A stretch of 61,095 bases of DNA. Origin: Gracilinanus agilis (lineage: Eukaryota). The translations under genes were made by a program, and so were the position numbers. A model generated the notes under the pieces. It did not search any database and had not been told where the DNA came from. It worked only from the letters and a program-made list of their open reading frames with translations. This document shows, one piece after another, positions 37,946 to 50,310 of the stretch; the stretch's first letter is position 1, and every line of letters begins with the position of its first letter. The DNA is taken from positions 264,850,776 through 264,911,870 of the forward strand of contig NC_058135.1 of assembly GCF_016433145.1 (NCBI RefSeq), given 5' to 3'.

Positions 37946-38631
37946 TGTGAAGATGGGATTAACTCTCCCCTGCCCTCTTTTAGGTGTAATCATGCCACAT
38001 TTCCTTAAGTGAGGGGAGGTCAGTAACCCATATGCTAAAGTGAATGACAACTCAGAAAAGACTGACTGCCCACCACAGTCTTAAAATTCTAAAATTGTGA
38101 CTGGTCCCTGTAAAGTGGAAGGAAGGCACAGGAAGTGACATAAAGAAGGGTCTTTAAAAGTAGTTGCAACTTCCTGTGACCAGCCCTTTCTCCTTCAAAC
38201 TTGGCCTTAGAGGATCTCCAGCTTGGAACCTTGGACTGTTTCTGGTAAGACTGCTCTTGAATTTTCCCTTTGGACTATCACATGGGTGAGTGGGAAAAGC
38301 TCACTTTCCTTTCCTGACTTCCAGAGAGATTTGCACCAACTAGCCCACCCCCCCTCTTTCTCCGAGGCCATGTGGGTGGTACCTAATCTATCTCTGGGCC
38401 CTCAGGCTAGGCTTCTGGAGCTCTGCTGGAGCAAAGCCAGGTGCAGGAGCAGATATCTAACTCTTTAAGTTAGATTTCTTTCTCTACCCTCTTCCTCATT
38501 TCTCTCCTTTCACTTTCCCCCTCTATTTTATAAATAAATACTGCTAAAAAGTCATCTGACTTGAGATATATTAATTTTGGTGACCATAATCTCATATATT
38601 TAGTCCAAACTTAATTTTTTTAACCATTACA
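37946..38631 (+). mobile_element. Solo LTR (686 bp) with 4-bp TSD GAAC (ERV1-like)
   Basis: TGTGAAG...ATTACA termini, TATA-like 'tttaaaag' at ~38153, AATAAA at ~38533. GAAC at 37942-37945 and 38632-38635. Confidence 0.85.
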
Positions 38632-38652
38632 GAACTTATTCTATATCCCTAC

Positions 38653-39644
38653 TGTAATGGGGTAATTTGAGGAAAGGTGTATGATACAAGGGAATTTTGA
38701 AAGGAGGTTATCAGGGATTTATTAAGATAGTAAATCTAGGCTACAGGTAGGCTGGAATAAGGAGATTCAGGATATACTAGGGCTGAAGTCAGGAGTTATA
38801 ACACAGAAGGGAAACAGAGATCTTCAGGGAGAGGAGAAATTAAACTAAACAGACAAACAGCAGGCTTTACAGACTGGGACTTAGACTCAAACACAGGCTG
38901 AGGGAAATAGACTAAACTGAAATTAACAAACAGGGTTTAGTTAATTTCACAGGAAGGGACTTGTTTTGAACTTACACCTTCCTTCAAGATGGATACCTCA
39001 GCTTCCCTTTAAGCCCAGAGTATGTTGGTTCTTTCCCTCTTCTTCCCTCTCTTAAATAACGAACAGACAAATTATACTAATAGGTCTGTTGAAACACAAA
39101 AGGGTTTATTATCTTTAAAGGATGATTTGTCAGGAAAGTGGATTGAGGAAAGCCCTAACAGTTGTTTCAGGAACTTCAGGTGGGGGAAGGGAGGCAGAGA
39201 TGGAGTCTGAGTAAGGACCTGCCATTAACTCAAGCTCACAAAGTGCTCTTGATATCTAATGGGGATAAATGATGACTGACTAGTTTCTTTATATTTAATA
39301 TTGTCAATATAATTAATCCTTCACAGATTTGAACTCCTCTCTAATTACTCTCCTTATTAACTCCACGGACATATAAGGTAAGGGAGGGAAGGTAGGAAAT
39401 AATATTGGGAAGGAAGATATAAAGGGTTTATCCAAAATAAAAATTTCTTAAATAAATATTTCAAAGCTAGGCTAAATTTCAATACTACAGATAGGTAAGG
39501 AAGCAGCTTGGCTGGTCAGACAACCTCCCTCCACGGGAGACCCAAACCAACTTTCTTTTTCCCTCATGATTCCAAACCCCTACCTGCTTTTAGAACTCAG
39601 CCAAAGCTTGAAAATACTATATGACCCCCTCTCTCTATACTACA
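38653..39644 (-). mobile_element. Antisense LTR sequence (one long or two abutting solo LTRs)
   Basis: Left end TGTAATGG is the reverse of the CCATTACA end of the previous LTR. Antisense polyA signal at ~38717. Candidate 5' termini at 39325 (reverse TGTGAAGGATTAAT) and 39644 (reverse TGTAGTAT). No TSD match. Confidence 0.55.
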
Positions 39645-39789
39645 TAGACTGATGATAGTAGTAGGAAACCACATGAGGAGAATTTTGAGATACTGGAAAA
39701 AGCAATGTTTTTGGAATCAGAAAACTTAGATGAGAATCCCAGCCTCAACACTTACTATCTACATGACTATCACTGGAAAAAATATTAAT

Positions 39790-39966
39790 GGGGGTATCTC
39801 CGTGGCTCAGTGGATTGAGAGTCAGGTCCTGAGCTCAAAATCTGACCTCAGCTACTTCCTAGGAAAGTCACTTAACACCTATTGCCTCACTCTTATTTCT
39901 CTTTTGCCTTGAAACTAATACACAGCATTGATTCTAAAATGGAAAAAGGGATTAAAATATATTTTT
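39790..39966 (+). mobile_element. Opossum SINE (SINE2-type)
   Basis: 'gtggctcagtggattgagagtcagg..ctgacctcag.tacttcctagg..aagtcacttaac..gcattgattctaaaatggaa'. Confidence 0.8.
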
Positions 39967-41559
39967 TAAGCATGGGAATACAAATAAACTTTTTAAAGCC
40001 CCCTCCCTAAGGGACCTTGCAATACAATGAGAGAAGCAAAATGTGTATATATGAATACATGATAGAATATATAACGATAACAAACATAATACATAGACAA
40101 AGGAGAGATGAAATTTGGAACAGTAGAAGTGTAGCACAGGACTTCATCTGAGACTTGAAGAAAACCAAGAATTCTGAGAGGTAGAGGTGAGGAATAATGG
40201 CATCGGAAGACTGGAGCATATGAACACAAATGCAAACAGATGGGAAATGAGGCATTGCATGTATTGGGCAGTGATTAGACAACTACAGCTATAACTCAGA
40301 ATGGGAAAAAGGAAGGGTGAAAAGATCAGAAAGACTAGAAGGGGTCAAGTTATGAAAGATTTTAAATTGTAAATAGAGGTTATATTTGATCCAATTAACA
40401 AGAGGGGCCTAGTGAAGATTGTTAAGTAGGGGAATGACATGATCAGGTCAGTGCTTTAGGAAAAATATTTTGATAACTGAGTGGAGACTAGACTGGAGGA
40501 GGAAGAAGCTTCAGTGAGAAGAGATGGAGCAGTAAACCATCATCATAGTGCAGGAAAGAAGAAATGAGTGACTGGATATGGGTAATGACTATGTAAATGG
40601 AGGCATGTGAGAGATGTTATGGTAAAATTAACAAGAAGAAAATAACTTTATCTAGAAGTTCTCTCATCTTTAAGATGTACTAGATGTCTGCTAAGATCTT
40701 CTTTCAGTTCTAAGTTCATAATCCTCCTGCATCTCCCCCCCATCTCCTCTTCACCCCAAGCTGGCAGGGAACATCATCCAGCATGGTCTTCCCATGAAGG
40801 TGAGTCTTCCTGGGATTCACTCCAAGGAAACTTATCATTAGAAAAGCCACAAACTGGTGGTAATAATTTTACACACAGAATAGAACCACAGCCTGGATTT
40901 TCAGGAAAGCATTACTGTGAAGGGCAAGGGGAGGTTTCTAGTGCTCTCATCAAAGAGTCTATAATGCCAAATGCAATTGCCCACCTTCTATCTCGGAGTC
41001 AGCCACAGAGCTGGCCATTGTCCAGCCTGGAGGGCTGCCCGATCTCTCTGTCAAACCACAGGGAGCCATCTCTCATTGCTATGTAAACTTACCCTCCCTT
41101 CTCTGAAACAGAGGAGCTCCCTCACTTACAGCAAGTGCTCCAAAGCCTCTTGGCTATAAAAGCAAAGAAAATGCACTTTAAAATAATCAAGTGCCAACCA
41201 GTTCAGTGTGTAATCATCTTAAAGTGCATAAAAGCTAAAGCATATGTAAGGATCTATGGATAGCTTTGACCTGGTCCTTCATTTACACCTTCTGTACCTC
41301 CTCCCTTACTTCCCTCACCCTCAGAGAATAGCAAAGTAATTCAGTCAGTGTTTTCCTTCCCTCTCCTAACAAAGGAGGAATCAGGTCCCAGCTAGAGGGT
41401 CATGCTGAAGTCCTCTTAGTCCTTGACACAACTCAAATGGATGCCAACGAGACAGGGATACAGTACAGGATTTTTTAGAATGGAAGAGCCCGTTGGATCT
41501 TTTTTTCTAGAAAGAGAAAGAATAAGTTAATGCATATTTCCAAAACTGAATCTCATCCT

Positions 41560-41562
<3 letters not shown>

Positions 41563-41612
<50 letters not shown>

Positions 41613-41693
41613 NNNNNNNNNNNNNNNNNNNNNNNNNNNNNNNNNNNNNNNNNNNNNNNNNNNNNNNNNNNNNNNNNNNNNNNNNNNNNNNNN

Positions 41694-41756
<63 letters not shown>
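41563..41756. repeat. (CT)n microsatellite spanning N-gap 41613-41693
   Basis: Direct reading. Confidence 0.97.
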
Positions 41757-41759
<3 letters not shown>

Positions 41760-44155
41760 TCTTCCATAGCATAGCATCCTCTCCAAGCCTCATGTATATG
41801 TAGAATCTAGGAGGGCAAGAGCAGGGGCTGGATGCTAGGTGTCAGGGAGAGTATTCTATTTGTAAGGCATGACCTCACAGCTGCCTGTGCAAACAGGAAC
41901 AGATTTACACGCAGAAAAAGACACAGTTCCTTTTTTCTGTTCCCTGGTAGACCTTGCCACTCTGTAAATGGTAAATCATTTCTTCCTATTCAGCCACATT
42001 GCTGCTTCTCAATTGCTTTACAAAATCAATGCAATTTCTATATGTGTCTCTGTACGTAGGTATGTGTAGACAGGCATATTTGTTGGAGTTGAGGCTAGCC
42101 AGATACAGTTTTTCTTCCTCCTTAATAGTTGATGTGAGCTAATCCAGTCTAAGAACACTCTCCCACCACCACCCCCAGACAACTGAGTTGCCATTAATAA
42201 GACCAATGAGAGCAACATTTGACATTTATACAGCCTGAAGGATTCTGAAAGGTTTCACCAATTACTGAACAGAGAGTCCCCAAGAGCCACAGCTCCTGGC
42301 ATCCCACAGCCCACAGCAGTCTGGAGAGAGATTTTGCCCAAGGGCATGTAGCAGATGCCCACTCTTTTAAGGCATGCACACAATGCCCATCTATTACTCA
42401 TTCCCAAATGGATGGGTCAGGGTTTCAGTTTTTAAAACTGTATTAAAACGCCCCCACTGCCACCCCCCACCCCCACATAGAAACTCATATGCTAGTCAGT
42501 CTTCCTTGGAAGCCTGAAAGGAATCCTGATTGTCCAAATTGGATTTCCAGCTAGGGCTGAACACTCTTAAGAAGGTTAATCATCACCTGGTAGGCTCTGA
42601 GACAAATTGAAAGCCTTTGGATCCTCTCTACAGCAAGCCCAATCTGTGTACAGTGGTTTGATGTGACTAAATTTCCAGATATAAGCAACGAGAATCCAAA
42701 AATCTATCACCCTATGATTTATCCATATCATAAGGGAGCTGACCCTGAAAAGTATTTAAACGGGGAGGATTTCAAATGGCCTACAACATTCACATATGGA
42801 CAGAAAATCAATAAGTGCTTCAAGAAATCATATAAACCTGTTGGTTCATAAAGAATGAAGCATGAATTTGGTTTGGTGGGTTGCGCATAGTCTACTTTAT
42901 CACAAGCAACCCAGGCATCATTTTCTTAGGGGAAAAAAAATTGAGGAATGACAGGAATAAGGCAAAAAGAAAAATAAGAACAAAAACTTTTGGTTTCTCT
43001 GAATCATTTGATTAGCCAGAGACATTTTGCTACACAGACAAGCTGGTTCCATTGATTGGATCAAGACTGTTTTACTTAAATGCAAATGTAAATTAAACCA
43101 GAATCCCTACCCCTCACTCACCACCATCATAAAAGAATTCACTTACCTAGAGACCAAGGCATCCCAGTTCCTCCCCACTTGTGTGAATTTAGCTTTTACA
43201 GGAGGCAATTTGCCTTTTTCAGGCTGACAACGTTTAGGAAGGTTGAATGCTTAACCTAATTTTTTGTTGATTCAATTCAGGACTAATGAATGCCGCTCCC
43301 CCTCCCCACCCCCCTCTTCTGACTTGGGTTACTAAATAGTGGACCCTCCTGATTTGCATTCTCCATTGAAGCCCAAGGCAGTCTGGCTGCCAAGGGGGTA
43401 TCATGTGCAGAGTTCTCAGACAGGTGCTATAGTTCATTATCATAAACATCTGTGGAGACCCAAACCAGGTTCCTGTAGCTACTAAATAGGCATGAGAAGA
43501 GAAAGGTTCTTCCTGAACCTCCAGCCAGGCACTGTGACAAAAAGTATTTGCAATCATCTTTGCAGATATGCATACATTGACTCCTGAAGGTTAACTGAAA
43601 CTTAACAGGCATTTTGCATAATTCCGTTATAAATATGGATCTACATGCAAATTTGAAAGGAGCCTCTCTGGGAGGATTCCCATGTCCCAGGATGCTCTCA
43701 GATGATGGGCAACACCATCTATCCTGGAAACAAAATCAAAACAAAGGAAAACTCATTTATTGCCCAAACTATGGAGGACAGTGGGAGCGTTCCATTGTTA
43801 ATCAAATATACTCATTAATATCTCTCTAGAAAGGACAATATGTTCGAGATGGGTGGGCAAACTGGCTAACATATGTCACTTCCTGGATCAAATAATATAT
43901 TTGTAGAGCTCAGTGGAAACCATAAAGAACTATATAAATGTTAGCTTTTATTATCATCATCATTATTGTAATGATCTTCATCACCAATATTAATTCAATT
44001 AATTCAGCTAGCTATGGGGATTAGACAACTGCTCCCATCCTCATTAACTGCTTTGCCCCTGCCCTCAAGGGAGCTACTGGGTCTTTGGAAGAAAAAAATC
44101 AATTGACTCCATAGTGGTGGGTGATGGGAAATGACTGTCTATGGTCTTCAGTACA

Positions 44156-44625
44156 CAGTGATCTCTCACCTATGGTAGGAGTTAGGCTCCAGAGACCCCA
44201 GCAATCAGTGAAAATTTGAGAAATAGCAGCATTATAATTATTTTATTATTTATATATATTTTAAAGCTTTATATACCCTTCCTACTCTCCTATAAACCTT
44301 TTGCACACTTTTATTAAACTTTCCCACACTCTTATGAACACTTCATACACTCTTAAACACTTTCTACACTCAAACCTATATAATTTTATCAACATATAAA
44401 ATTCTATTATATTTTACATAAGAGTGTATTATTATATACTAAATTATATACTATTATATAATTATATACCAATATAACAGTACTCACCAGTGAAGTACTA
44501 TATCACAACTTGAATGAAAATCCTGTGATATAATGAAAACTCTATGATACAGAAGTAGATTTTTTTAAAACCCACAATACAGTGAAGTCGCAATAAGTGA
44601 ACCACAATATAGCGAGGCACAACTG
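44156..44625. mobile_element. Tigger/pogo-type (Tc1-mariner) non-autonomous DNA transposon
   Basis: Degenerate TIRs CAGTGATCTCTCACCTAT / reverse CAGTTGTGCCTCGCTATAT, TA after the right end, MER2-like subterminal sequence and an AT-rich interior. Confidence 0.65.
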
Positions 44626-46254
44626 TACTGCCAAAGTCATAAGTCAATCAGACCAAATCCCTTCTCAATTATACATGAAGAAACTAAGATGGAGAGTGAC
44701 ATGCCCAGTGTGCCATAGCTATTAAATGTCCAAGGTGGAATGTGAAATCACTTCCTCCTGATTCCAAATTTGGTCCTCTACCTCATCCTCTGAGAATTGA
44801 TCAAATGAGCCCTGAGAGGAAAACCACAAGGTATAGTCCTCTTTTTGTCATTGGTTATCCTAGTTTTATCATTGTATGGCTTTGAGGAAGTACATGGACC
44901 GCCATTGACCTTAATTTCTTCTTGTGTAAAAAATGACACAGCTGGACTACATAATCAGAGCTGGAAAGGGACTTAGAAAATACATGTATAATTTTGAGGA
45001 AGTCACTCGGTAGCAGAGTTTTCTAATTAGCTAATTGAGGAAATGGGATCTATCAAATGAAGTCTACGGAAAATATATGCATACATACATGTATGTGTAT
45101 ACAATTTTGCATATATACTTACACATTTGTATGTGTGCATATGTTCATATGTGTGTTTATATATAGGTATGTGCATATATAGTATATATAAGAAAGGATG
45201 TTAAATTTGATTACAGGACTAATTTTTTAGAAATAGAAATGCCTTTAGATGTAATCAAGTTAAAAGTTCTAATGTTTAAAAAATATGTTGAATCCCAAAG
45301 AAATTGGCTTCTTTTGATAGATCCCATTTTCTTAATTCATTAATGAGAAAACTGTGCTACTATGTGACTTCCTCAAAATTACAGTTAATTAGTAGCAGAA
45401 TAGGAACTTGAATGCAGATCTTAGAATTCAGTCCCATGTGCTTTTTCACAAATTTGCTACATCACAAATTTTAAAAATAACTTGTCAGGATTTTATATAC
45501 ATAATGTATATGTGTGTAACATGTATGTATGTGTGTATGTATGATTTAGAATTTAGACATAACCAACCCTTTTACTTTAAAGATGCCAATAGAAATTAAG
45601 TGATTTGCACAAAATCACACATATGTGGCAGAATCCTTTTCAAATTCAGTTCCTGTGATTTCAAGTTAAAACTCTCTGACAATCAGCAAAATTCATCCAC
45701 TTTTGACATGCTAGTTATGTTGTATTTGATACATTTCCTGAATTTCTCCAGCCCTGTTCTGATTACCAAAGACATTAACATAAAAACAAAATCTTGGTTG
45801 GAATTCATCTGTTTTTGCTGTTCAATCTACTACCTGAAGTCTTGGTTTTGTCACATCATAATTAGTTTCTATGGAAATGATTATGTCATCAGAAGCCAGA
45901 AATCTGAATTCTGTTTTCATGCAAATATCTTTTCAATAGGAATGAAAGGAAGAGAAATACAATAAACAGAAATATTTAGTCACCACATCTGTGATTGGTA
46001 TGGGGAGGAGAGGAATTTAAAAAGAATGAATGTTCTTGAAAATGCTTTTCTATCAAACTAAGACATGTCAGTCTTTAAGCAGTGTGAATATTTACTGACA
46101 AAACCTTCAACTCTTGGCATTCTCCTTTACTCTCTCATGTCCAGCAGAACTGGAGAGAAGACGTTGAATTATCTTTGGACATTGGCAAATGAGGCAAAAA
46201 ATTGCTTATGGATATTGGGGTTGTTTTTAGTGAAATCACTGAATCCATGATTAA

Positions 46255-47427
46255 TGTGTTCACGCAAATATCATCTATGTCCTGGGACATAGATAAAAGT
46301 TGGTTCTTGTATGTGGGCGAGTATGGATGGTAGATAGGTGGGTATCTACACTCCCCCCTTGTTAGCTTTCAATGGTCCCAATCAGCTATTCACTCACCCC
46401 CATCCCAGGTAAGGGAATAAACTCAAAAAGGTTCCCAAATGGCAAAGCTATAGTGGGGATACTGAAGGAAGGTATTGGGGTTCAGTTGTGACCCTAATGG
46501 ATGGGATCCCACCTTCAGAGCCAGCACTATGAAGAATAGCCTTCCCACATGGTGTTTGATATTCTTCTTCCCCTCAGCCACAAGATTAGTCTTCCTCCCC
46601 TCCAAGTAAAAGCCCAAACTACCACTAATGAACTAAGAAAGATTTATTATAAGGATGAAGGAATTCAGGATAAGAGGGTGAGGGATGTTTGAGGATTTAT
46701 GAGGAATTAGGGTGCAGGGATAACTTATCTATCAACTATGAACCCCCACAACAAGAGAGCAGTTCTGGTTTCTTCTATAGCTTGGACTCAGAAACTGACT
46801 CTCCTTCCCCTCACAATATCCTATCCTTAATACTATCTAACAAACAGAGGGATAACTGCAAGGAAGGGGCAGAAGAGGGATCAAGGAAGGGTCTCCCAAG
46901 TGCCCTCTCCCTCCAGAGTCCGGGCACTACGGCCAATTATGGAGCACAAGTCTTTCGGTTTATTCTTCGTTGGCAATGAAGTCAGAAGAAAGGTTTTGCT
47001 GTTGAAATCTCCAGATTGCCCCTGAATTTTGGGTTCAGAAGAGCTAAATTCTTGTCCAGAACCTCCCAATCACCATCCACCCCCAGCCCACCAGAAACTT
47101 GAATGTCCTTTCAGCAATCTTTGTCAATTGGCTGTTGGCAGTTTAGAATCTTCAGAATTTTCCCCAAACTCACTCCTTCACTGTCCCCTCCCAAAAGGAA
47201 GTCTCTCAGAGTTCCATGGGGTCTGTATCCAGTCCCTTCCAAGATGAGTGCTTAGTGATCCTTGATTTACCCCAATTCCACACTTACAGATTCCCCCATT
47301 TTTGTCTTGTGGATCGATCGTCCTCCGGAGGATCCACGTATTTTTAATCTAATTTACTTATCTATTCCCTTTCTATTCTTAATTCCTCTTCCCCACCCCC
47401 CAGAAAAATTAAAAAAAAAATCCTACA
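46255..47427. mobile_element. Probable ERV/LTR-derived segment
   Basis: TGT...ACA termini, raised GC and CpG relative to flanks, LTR-like purine/pyrimidine blocks. Flanks TTAA/TTTA are only a near match. Confidence 0.4.
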
Positions 47428-47858
47428 TTTATCTTATCCTATATTAATGCTATTCTTTCTACACTTTGCTAAGGTGGGCTAAGAAAAGTTGGGAAAGGAA
47501 AGGGAGAGGGATACAAGGTTCCAATGCACATTTCTTACACGTGAAACAATTTTGTATCAATGGACTTTTCCTAATGAATACAAAAGTTCTGTTAGAGAAA
47601 GCTTTGATTAAGGAATTTCTGGGTTTCTTTGGAATATTGAGAAAGGAATACTAAAAGTTCTAAAAGCAAACACTTCAGTGACTGGATGAGATGGAATGGG
47701 GAGGAAGAGCTAGTCCCACCTCTGTGGGACTCCTTAAATTTTATGTGATCATAAGGAAATCTTTTCACCCCCATGGAACTCATTTTCCTTATGTATAACA
47801 TGAGTATATTGTACTACATGATGCCCAAGGACCTTTTTTCAGTGGATATAGTCTATAT

Positions 47859-48055
47859 CAGTGGTTCCCAAACTTTTTCGGCCTATTGCCCCCTTTCCAG
47901 AAAAAAAATATTACTTAGCCCCCAGGAAATTAATATATTTTTTAATTTTAATAGCAATTAATAGGAAAGATAAATGCAACTGTGGCCATCACCACCCCCC
48001 CTGGATTGCTGCAGCACCCACCAGGGGGCGTTGGCACCCACTTTGGGAATCACTG
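47859..48055 (+). mobile_element. Non-autonomous hAT/Charlie-type MITE, copy 2 (197 bp), perfect 8-bp TSD
   Basis: TIRs CAGTGGTTCCCAAA / reverse CAGTGATTCCCAAA (13/14). TSD GTCTATAT at 47851-47858 and 48056-48063, resembling the Charlie NTCTAGAN target. Confidence 0.92.
48018..48031 (+). promoter_or_regulatory. CTCF core motif within the MITE
   Basis: CCACCAGGGGGCGT on +. Binding is not shown. Confidence 0.6.
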
Positions 48056-48374
48056 GTCTATATTATATATTCTCAGGTTCCTAATAGTTATAATGTTACT
48101 TGTTCCCTTCTTATCCTAACAGTCTGTTTTCCTCATTGAAAGGTCTATTTCAGATATAACATTCAATGCTCTTGAAGTCATTTTGAACTCTCACATTCTA
48201 TAAATTATTTTAAAGTTTTCCCTAGCTTTGGCCTTCTATATTTTCTAACATAACATATCTTATAATACCATTAACTTATGCTCAATATAGCTTTCTAGCT
48301 TTGGTATTGTGTGTTTTGTGATTTTACTTGTGAAATTTCTGATGCTAAATCCACTTGAATTAGAGATTATGTGG

Positions 48375-48590
48375 AGAGAATGCTAGGCATGGAATCAGGA
48401 AGACATGAACCCAAATCTGCCCTCAGACACTTTATTTGTGTGACCCTGGGCAAGGCTTTATCCTTTTGGTCTCAGTTTCTTCCTCTGTAAAAGAAGTTGG
48501 AGAAGGAAATAGGAAACTACTCTAGTATCTTTGCAAAGAAAATCTCAAATGGGGTCACAGAATCAGATATGATTATACTAACTAGACAAC
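48375..48590 (+). mobile_element. MAR1-type CORE-SINE (duplicate at ~51356-51571)
   Basis: 'ggaatcaggaagacatga..ctcagacact..gtgtgaccctgggcaag..ctcagtttc..gagaaggaaat..ctttgcaaagaaaat..aaatggggtcaca'. Confidence 0.8.
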
Positions 48591-48899
48591 AAAAAGGAAA
48601 AGGAGGAGTGAGTGGTTATGTTTAATATTAAAGGGTATTTGAATGGTTTCATTATAAGAAGGAGAAAGTTCTAAGAGAAAATCCAGTCGTTTTAAACAAC
48701 CACATCCAAATACCCAGTTTGACCCTTGATAATTTCATTAGCTTTCTGTACAAATTGGCATGACCAAAATGATTATTTTTACTCTCTGTTTAAAACCAGT
48801 ACTTTTTTCAATAGGCTACTTAATATAGAAATAAACATCTTACCCAGTACCCCAGTACAAGTGCCCCTTCTGACCTCCTTTAAAGAATATTTGAGTTTA

Positions 48900-49298
48900 G
48901 AGGCAGCAAGGTGGCTCAATGGATAGAGATCCAATCCCAGAAATGGGAAGTTCTAGGTTCATATCTGGCCTCGGCCATTCCCTAACTCTATGACCCTGGG
49001 GAAGTCTCTTAATTCTCATTGCCTATTCCTAACCACTCTCTGCTTTAGAAAACCAATACATATTATTCTAAATGGAAAAGTTTAAAAAGAAAAGAATATG
49101 TTCTAGCATAGCAGTTTTTTTTAAATTAAAAAATGGTTAAACCCTTATCTTCTGTCTTAGAAATAATACTAAGTATTAGTTTCAAGGCAGAAGAGTGGTA
49201 AGAGGTAAGCAACTGATTGAGCAAGTTTCTGAGGTCACATTTGAACCCAGGAACTCCCATGCCTGTCTCTCAATTCACTAAGCCACCTACCTGCTCCT
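48900..49298. mobile_element. Tail-to-tail pair of opossum SINEs (+ 48900-49095, - 49116-49298); duplicate at +2981
   Basis: The first has head 'ggcagcaaggtggctcaatgga' and an A tail. The second begins with a T tail and ends 'gccacctacctgctcc'. Confidence 0.8.
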
Positions 49299-49619
49299 TA
49301 GCAAAATAAACTTTAAGTTAATGTTAGGTAAATGCCCATTTTCCTAAAATATATTCGAAACTTACTTTGATCAACATTTTACGATATAAATTATATCAAT
49401 GAGTCAATCAGTCAAAACTTATTAGGCACCCACTATGTACAAAGAGAAAACTGGAGCCAGTCTGTAGCCTCATGATTACTTAAGAGACTACTATATAGGC
49501 AACAGAACTAAGAACTAGAAGAAAATACTGAGTTCATCAATCCTTAGATATTTCAGATGACCAATTAGCTTCTTGGGGAGAAGAAATGCTTCAAGTTCAC
49601 AAACTAACTGTTGTCAGAG

Positions 49620-50167
49620 ATGTGGATAGATATCTTATCACATGGCTCCCTTATCAAATGTCCCTGGATCCCAGGTCATTCTCTGTTGTTAGGTATACTT
49701 TGTTCTGGGGATGGAGGGAGAGAGAGAGTCTTAATGCCTGCCTCAATTTGTCTCTATGGCATCAGCCTTCTTTCACATGCTCACCCTTCAATAACTAAGA
49801 CAATCATCCTGTCCTCCTCACTCTTCTCTTTTCCAGGATAAATATGACAATTTCCTTCAACTGATCTGGATTTGACATGATCCAAAGGCTTGTCAGTATC
49901 TTGATTCTTCTCCTATCCCTCTTCCATGGATTATTGTCTCCTTTCTAAAATGTGCAACACAGAACACAATTCCTCAAGCATGTTCCGACCAGTTCAAAAC
50001 AGCATGGAATTATCATTTGCTTAGCTCTGGATAGTGTAATTGTCAATGGAATCTTGGAATTGATTCCTTCTCCCACCTCTGTCAATTAAAAAAAATTCTG
50101 TAGGACACAATTTGACTCAGTTTTATCTGGTAAACTTTTAAAACCCTTAGATTCCTCCCCACCCCAA

Positions 50168-50225
<58 letters not shown>

Positions 50226-50310
50226 CCTATTCTGAACATAAAAGCCTGATTTCTTGAATCTGAGTATAAACCTTTACATTGGTCCTGATTAAACTGGATC
50301 ATATTAAATT
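49620..50310 (-). mobile_element. CR1/L3 LINE 3' fragment (duplicate at +2981), interrupted by (TA)n at 50171-50219
   Basis: 'ctcttctcttttccaggataaat..tccttcaactgatc..tttctaaaatgtgcaacacagaacac' is antisense CR1 ORF2/3' sequence. Confidence 0.6.

Noticed and set aside
43330-43489. TACTAAATAG twice, 150 bp apart, as MEF2 sites
   Set aside because: It does not fit CTA(A/T)4TAG spacing, and one AT-rich 10-mer repeat is expected by chance in 61 kb.
48005-48017. CTGCAG upstream of the CTCF core as the ZF9-11 upstream motif
   Set aside because: It is only about 3 bp from the core, closer than the established spacing.
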